Shown here: positions 59,741 through 64,000 of the stretch, in pieces
Position numbering within the stretch: the stretch's first letter is position 1
Layout of the letters: each line of letters begins with the position of its first letter
Program-made: the position numbers and the translations under genes
Notes under the pieces: model-generated
Seen by the model: only the letters and a program-made list of their open reading frames with translations
Database searches by the model: none
Told to the model about the DNA's origin: nothing
DNA from: Patescibacteria group bacterium
Lineage (GTDB): Bacteria; Patescibacteriota; Patescibacteriia; JBHPGJ01
Direction of reading: 5' to 3'
NCBI GenBank assembly: GCA_042570545.1
Contig: JBHPGJ010000006.1
Location: 1,327 to 65,326, forward strand
Length of the DNA stretch: 64,000 bases

Positions 59741-60937
59741 CTATTTATTAATAAGTATAACGATCTCGCGCCCAACCTGCTGCTGCGGACGGTTATAGAC
59801 TACTGAGTCGCCGTCGTGGTTTAGAAACTCAGCCCAATCAGCCGGAATGATAGGAACGGTCTTAAGTCCGGTTTTGTCATAGAGCTGATCAAGCTTAAGC
59901 TGCTGCCAAATATTATTGAGTTTAATAACCGGCAAGGCTAGTACCATCCGTCCATTGGGACTTAGTAAGCCTTTTAACTTGGGCATGATACGTTCATAAA
60001 ATCCCTCTAGTTCAGATATTATCTCTTTTCTCCTGGCGGTGGTCACTCGCGGTGATAAGGGTGGGCCCAAGTAACCTTCAGTCACTATTCGGTCGAAGGT
60101 ACGATTTAATAACCGACGGCTCAGTTTCATTACATCAGATTGTATTATCTTGGGTTGGGCTGCTTGTGGTCTGATTTCACGGCGGAACCATTCCAGATTC
60201 TTCTGGGCTTTAGCTACCGCTATTTCGTCCATATCAGCGCCCACAACTTCGGCCACGCCAATATCCAAAGCTTCCTGCAGAACAGTGCCGACACCGCAAA
60301 AAGGATCCACTAAGGAATCATTACCCCTGACTTCCGCCAGGTGAATCATTATACGAGCTAGTTTCGGCGGCAGCATACCTGACTTTACTTGTGTTTGCGG
60401 ACGTCCATAATCCTTTTTATTATAAAATTCAAAATCTTGGACTGCCTTTGTCTGCCCCACATAGACCAGGTCACCATCACTAAAAAGACATAATTCCAAA
60501 CCATCGGATATTAATTTGTTCTTAGTCACCACCACCGATGACAACTGTTTTTCTCGACTAGTTACTAGACGACTATTAATGCCTTCACTTTTAAATATTT
60601 TTTTAATATCCAGTCCTTGCCTTTTAGTATCACCTAAAATGCCATCAGTATAGTCGCTCAGGCCAAATAAAAATTTACCTGATTTTTTAACCATTCTTGA
60701 CCAGGGCCAGCTTTTAAGCCAATCAGTAAAATCTTTTTTATCAATTACCGCAATAATATTACCCGCCTTTACTATACCGGCAAGTTGTTGGACGAGCTTT
60801 TCTATCTCCAAAGATCCTCCAGATAACAAGGCAGCCGATCTGGTTTTGGTCCATTGGCCATAGCGTACAACCCTGACCAGCTCACCAACCGACAAAGTGG
60901 GTAGACGGCCAAAAATGAAAAAATAATTAGGCTTCAT
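59741..60937 (-). CDS. THUMP-domain RNA (guanine-N2/adenine-N6 class) methyltransferase-like protein
   Basis: 398 aa; motif I VDPFCGVGTV, class I MTase fold. Confidence 0.65.
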   Translation of the reverse strand: MKPNYFFIFGRLPTLSVGELVRVVRYGQWTKTRSAALLSGGSLEIEKLVQQLAGIVKAGNIIAVIDKKDFTDWLKSWPWSRMVKKSGKFLFGLSDYTDGILGDTKRQGLDIKKIFKSEGINSRLVTSREKQLSSVVVTKNKLISDGLELCLFSDGDLVYVGQTKAVQDFEFYNKKDYGRPQTQVKSGMLPPKLARIMIHLAEVRGNDSLVDPFCGVGTVLQEALDIGVAEVVGADMDEIAVAKAQKNLEWFRREIRPQAAQPKIIQSDVMKLSRRLLNRTFDRIVTEGYLGPPLSPRVTTARRKEIISELEGFYERIMPKLKGLLSPNGRMVLALPVIKLNNIWQQLKLDQLYDKTGLKTVPIIPADWAEFLNHDGDSVVYNRPQQQVGREIVILINK

Positions 60938-60990
60938 ATATGACTAAGTATAGCCAAAATCTGCCCGTTCGGCGAATCAAGCAACTACCC

Positions 60991-61018
60991 TTGACGAATA
61001 AAAGACACATGGTACAAT
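60991..61018 (+). promoter_or_regulatory. sigma70-type promoter TTGACG-16-TGgTACAAT (extended -10) for rpsF operon
   Basis: Hexamers and extended TG motif. Confidence 0.45.
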
Positions 61019-61019
61019 T

Positions 61020-61058
61020 GGGGACGACTTAATTTGGGGCTGTCCCCAATTATTTTTT
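61020..61058 (+). promoter_or_regulatory. 5'-UTR hairpin + U-tract (attenuator-like) in rpsF leader; candidate S6:S18 autoregulatory element
   Basis: ggggac/gtcccc stem with 16-nt loop followed by aattatttttt, between TSS and rpsF ATG. Confidence 0.35.
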
Positions 61059-61082
61059 CTCACCAAACAATCAATACCATTA

Positions 61083-61562
61083 ATGAATCAATACGAACTA
61101 CTTTACCTCATCGACGTCCCTCCCTCGGACAATGAGTTAGAAACTATATCGGGACGTATAAAAAATTTAATAAACGAAGTTAAGGGCAATATTGTTCATG
61201 AAGGAAGCCTGGGACGCAAGAAGCTGGGTTATCCCGTCAATAAACTGCAGCAGGGTGTATACAATGTGGTTGAATTTGATTTGCCCACCGGTGGTTTAAC
61301 TAAACTTGGGCAAGTTCTTAAGCTCGACAATGACATCATCCGTTACCAAATAATAAAAATCAGACCACGGACCGAAGCTGATCGGCAACCAGCCAAGTTT
61401 GAGACGGAAGAGGAACAAACACCTAAACCAGTTAAAAAAGAATTGCCAGTCAAGTCGCCGCCAGCCGCCAAAGAAAAACCAGTAGTTGAGGAGCCAATGA
61501 TTAGCAAGGAAGAGCTTGATAAAAAATTAGACGAAATTTTAGAAGACGATATCATTAAGTAA
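61083..61562 (+). CDS. rpsF: 30S ribosomal protein S6 with acidic/Lys-rich C-terminal extension
   Basis: MNQYELLYLID N-terminus; operon with ssb and rpsR. Confidence 0.85.
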   Translation: MNQYELLYLIDVPPSDNELETISGRIKNLINEVKGNIVHEGSLGRKKLGYPVNKLQQGVYNVVEFDLPTGGLTKLGQVLKLDNDIIRYQIIKIRPRTEADRQPAKFETEEEQTPKPVKKELPVKSPPAAKEKPVVEEPMISKEELDKKLDEILEDDIIK

Positions 61563-61568
61563 AATATT

Positions 61569-61988
61569 ATGGATTTAAACAAAGCCATGGTTATTGGCAA
61601 CCTAACACGCGATCCCGAGAGCCGGAGTACGCCTAATGGACAAAATGTCTGCAATTTTAGTATCGCCACCAATCGTATTTGGAAAGATCAAAAAACTAAT
61701 GAACGTAAGCAATCTGTCGAGTATCATAATATCGTTGCCTGGGGCAAGCTAGCCGACACTTGTTCCCAATATTTAAAAAAGGGCAAGAAAGCCTACATTG
61801 AGGGCCGTCTGCAAACCCGCACCTGGGAAGACCAAGCCGGCAACAAACGTAATCGCACAGAGATAGTGGCGATGAATTTAATATTACTTGACCGAGCTGG
61901 TGCTCCTACTGAATCAGCTGACAGCCCTGAGCCGCAAACCCCAGCCAATGATTCCGAAGAAATTAACGTGGAAGATATACCCTTTTAA
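61569..61988 (+). CDS. ssb: single-stranded DNA-binding protein
   Basis: OB fold, C-terminal acidic tail ending DIPF. Confidence 0.9.
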   Translation: MDLNKAMVIGNLTRDPESRSTPNGQNVCNFSIATNRIWKDQKTNERKQSVEYHNIVAWGKLADTCSQYLKKGKKAYIEGRLQTRTWEDQAGNKRNRTEIVAMNLILLDRAGAPTESADSPEPQTPANDSEEINVEDIPF

Positions 61989-61991
61989 ATT

Positions 61992-62210
61992 ATGAACAGT
62001 CCCAAAGTCAAAGTCTGCTACTTTTGTACTAATAATATATCGAGGGAGCTTGATTATAAGGATTCGCGTTTACTTACTCGGTTTTTATCGTCTTATTCCA
62101 AAATCCTGCCGCGGCGTAGAACGGGCACGTGTCTAAAACACCAACGCAAATTGGCTGAAGCCATAAAACGAGCCCGCTATATGGCCCTGATACCTTACAC
62201 TAACCGCTAA
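61992..62210 (+). CDS. rpsR: 30S ribosomal protein S18
   Basis: 72 aa; CYFCT...LTRFLS...[10 protein letters not shown]. Confidence 0.9.
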   Translation: MNSPKVKVCYFCTNNISRELDYKDSRLLTRFLSSYSKILPRRRTGTCLKHQRKLAEAIKRARYMALIPYTNR

Positions 62211-62221
62211 CATCCCAAAAT

Positions 62222-62782
62222 ATGGCCGGGATGAATGATCTCAAACTTGGTACGGTAATCGACCTGGAGGACCAGCCCTGTCAGGTGGTTTTTGCACAGC
62301 ATGTAAAAATGGGTCGTGGCGGTGCGGTACTTAAAACTAAATTGAAAAATCTGGTTAACGGTAATCAGTTAGAAAAAACTTTTAAAAGCGGCGATAACGT
62401 GGAAGTGGCCGATCTGCTTCATGGTAAAGCCAATTACCTATACGCCGACGATGAGGGGTTGCATTTCATGAACAATGAGACTTATGACCAGTTCAACATA
62501 GATAAAACCGTAATTGGTGAAAAAGAAAAATATTTAATTGAGGGCTCTGATGTTGATGTTCTCTTATTTAATGACAAGCCGGTAACGATCGAATTGCCAA
62601 ATAAAGTTGAGTTAAAAGTAACCAGCGCCCCAGAAGGAGTACGTGGTGATACGGCACAGGGCTCAGTAACCAAAGAAGTAGAGCTGGAAAACGGCACAAC
62701 CGTAAAGACGCCTTTATTTATAAAAACAGGTGATGTAGTCAGGGTGAATACCGAAACTGGTCAGTACGTCGAGCGGGTTTAG
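62222..62782 (+). CDS. efp: elongation factor P
   Basis: 186 aa; KxGRGGA loop (KMGRGGAV) for Lys modification. Confidence 0.9.
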   Translation: MAGMNDLKLGTVIDLEDQPCQVVFAQHVKMGRGGAVLKTKLKNLVNGNQLEKTFKSGDNVEVADLLHGKANYLYADDEGLHFMNNETYDQFNIDKTVIGEKEKYLIEGSDVDVLLFNDKPVTIELPNKVELKVTSAPEGVRGDTAQGSVTKEVELENGTTVKTPLFIKTGDVVRVNTETGQYVERV

Positions 62783-62821
62783 TAAAAACCTAGTGGGGTT
62801 GGCGTGGCTGTCTTGGTTGTC

Positions 62822-64000
62822 TTAGTCGTCTGTTCTATATCTGGGCCGGGCATATGACTTATTCTTATCATTAACTAACGGTTCCCTGGCTTCACACCAG
62901 TCTTCCATCGCTTGAGCTGATGGGAATGGTAATGGGTGGGGTGGCCAGTATCTGGCAAATATTGAAATATCTACAATATCGATTTTATTATCCCCATTGA
63001 AGTCCATACACCTTGTTTCGTGACAGGTGCCTTGTACTCTCTGTTGAGCAATCTTATTGAGATCTATTAATGTTATCTGTTCATCATCATTATAGTCTGC
63101 CATACAAGCATCTAGGTAATCTTTATAATCGTATTCAGTAACGGCTATGTTGTCATGCATTATGGTATTCGTACCAGAAGTGCTCCAGATGCCCACTGTT
63201 CCACTGGTCAGTCGTCTGACTGTGCTGTCGGTGGCCACTATTTGCCATTGTGCGGGCTTGCCAAGATATTCGGGCCAGACCTTGGCCTTAATAGTGGTTA
63301 AGTTACTACCAATATCGATAATAGCGATTATCTCAAAATTGTACCAGGTGTCTCTAAGTGTTAATTCGCCCGTGTCCAGCGTGCCAGCCAGGTCACCGCT
63401 TTGGTTGTCCGGATGTTTGGTAAGATGGAAATTACGATTTGCATCATCCCTGCCTATACGGTAATACATGTCACTGTTTGGATAATCTGAGAAGAAGGTT
63501 ATGCCAGCGCCAGAACTAACATTGCCAAATTTAATCTTCCCGGTGTATTTGTAGTTAGTCCAATTTGCAGCAAGTGGATCAGAATAATGTGTATGAATAT
63601 CCGTCAGATCAGGACTGCAGGTTAACACTTTGTTAGACCCATCAAGGTTAACAGTAAACAGTCCCGGTACTTCGATGGTGCTGTTATTCTCTCCGGTAGA
63701 CATCCAAAGCGGTGGGTCCACTCCTACGCTATAGCCTTCAAAGTCTTCATCTAGTGCCGCGCTGCATTGGAGTCCTTCGTCTACGTTACCATCACAGTTA
63801 TTATCTTCATTATCGCATATCTCTATCGCACCTGGGTGTATTAGTTTATTATTGTCATTACAGTCATAAGGAGCAGAACATACTCCATCGTTAATACCAT
63901 AACCATCTTGGTCTATATCTGTGCAAATTGGACCACCAGAAGACTGGATAGATACTTGTCCATCAGTAGTGGTGGTAAACTCTAAGACTCCTTGATCAGA
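62822..64000 (-). CDS. large secreted protein, 5'-partial (continues past window end): Cys-rich MopE-like metal-binding repeat, central domain, C-terminal dockerin-like repeats
   Basis: Manual check shows the minus-strand frame stays open from 63721 to 64000 (ORF-track start at 63721 is an internal GTG); motifs DQDGYGINDGVCSAPYDCNDNN...CDNEDNNCDGNVDEG and DFNGDNKIDIVDISIF. Confidence 0.6.
   Translation of the reverse strand, partial: SDQGVLEFTTTTDGQVSIQSSGGPICTDIDQDGYGINDGVCSAPYDCNDNNKLIHPGAIEICDNEDNNCDGNVDEGLQCSAALDEDFEGYSVGVDPPLWMSTGENNSTIEVPGLFTVNLDGSNKVLTCSPDLTDIHTHYSDPLAANWTNYKYTGKIKFGNVSSGAGITFFSDYPNSDMYYRIGRDDANRNFHLTKHPDNQSGDLAGTLDTGELTLRDTWYNFEIIAIIDIGSNLTTIKAKVWPEYLGKPAQWQIVATDSTVRRLTSGTVGIWSTSGTNTIMHDNIAVTEYDYKDYLDACMADYNDDEQITLIDLNKIAQQRVQGTCHETRCMDFNGDNKIDIVDISIFARYWPPHPLPFPSAQAMEDWCEAREPLVNDKNKSYARPRYRTDD

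Overview
Caveat: all G+C contrasts were judged by eye, and all protein family calls are motif-level reads with no database search.

The window is a low-GC bacterial chromosomal segment with short intergenic regions. It carries many small proteins with an N-terminal membrane anchor followed by an Asn/Thr-rich linker, a giant surface protein, a dockerin/MopE-like secreted protein and a VirB2-like pilin. This architecture suggests a reduced-genome bacterium, possibly CPR/Patescibacteria-like (tentative). The standard genetic code gives intact ORFs.

Housekeeping genes recognised: truB, ispH, an ABC exporter pair, sodA, the dnaG-rpoD operon, msrB, ppsA, groES-groEL with a CIRCE operator, nrdA-nrdB (class Ia), pgeF, uvrA, uvrC, secG, an OppA-like substrate-binding protein, RNase J, trpS, murI, a phosphohexomutase, glyA, folD, two tandem NUDIX genes, ychF, rpsF-ssb-rpsR and efp.

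Four tRNAs were found: two non-identical tRNA-Asn(GTT), tRNA-Ser(GGA) and tRNA-Leu(CAG). No rRNA, CRISPR array, transposase or integrase was seen.

The parts I would look at again:
- A block of about 4.5 kb at 8988-13546 with visibly higher G+C than its flanks. It holds a B12-binding radical SAM enzyme, a pentein-fold (amidinotransferase-like) enzyme, a secreted protein and a small polytopic membrane protein.
- A 28-nt element repeated upstream of three consecutive genes (14699-16123).
- An orphan small gene with textbook promoter, RBS and terminator abutting the 3' end of a tRNA-Asn (16144-16596).
- An isolated gene of about 60% G+C at 44781-45329, in an otherwise mid-30s% G+C context. This is probable horizontal transfer.
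- A roughly 400-bp structured intergenic region at 59333-59740 with its own promoter and terminator. It is a candidate ncRNA or small-peptide locus.
- A possible extracytoplasmic heme/flavin redox module (17497-19642).
- A giant protein with a clan CD peptidase-like domain and duplicated beta-helix next to CapA-like and GT-C glycosyltransferase-like genes (1862-8782).
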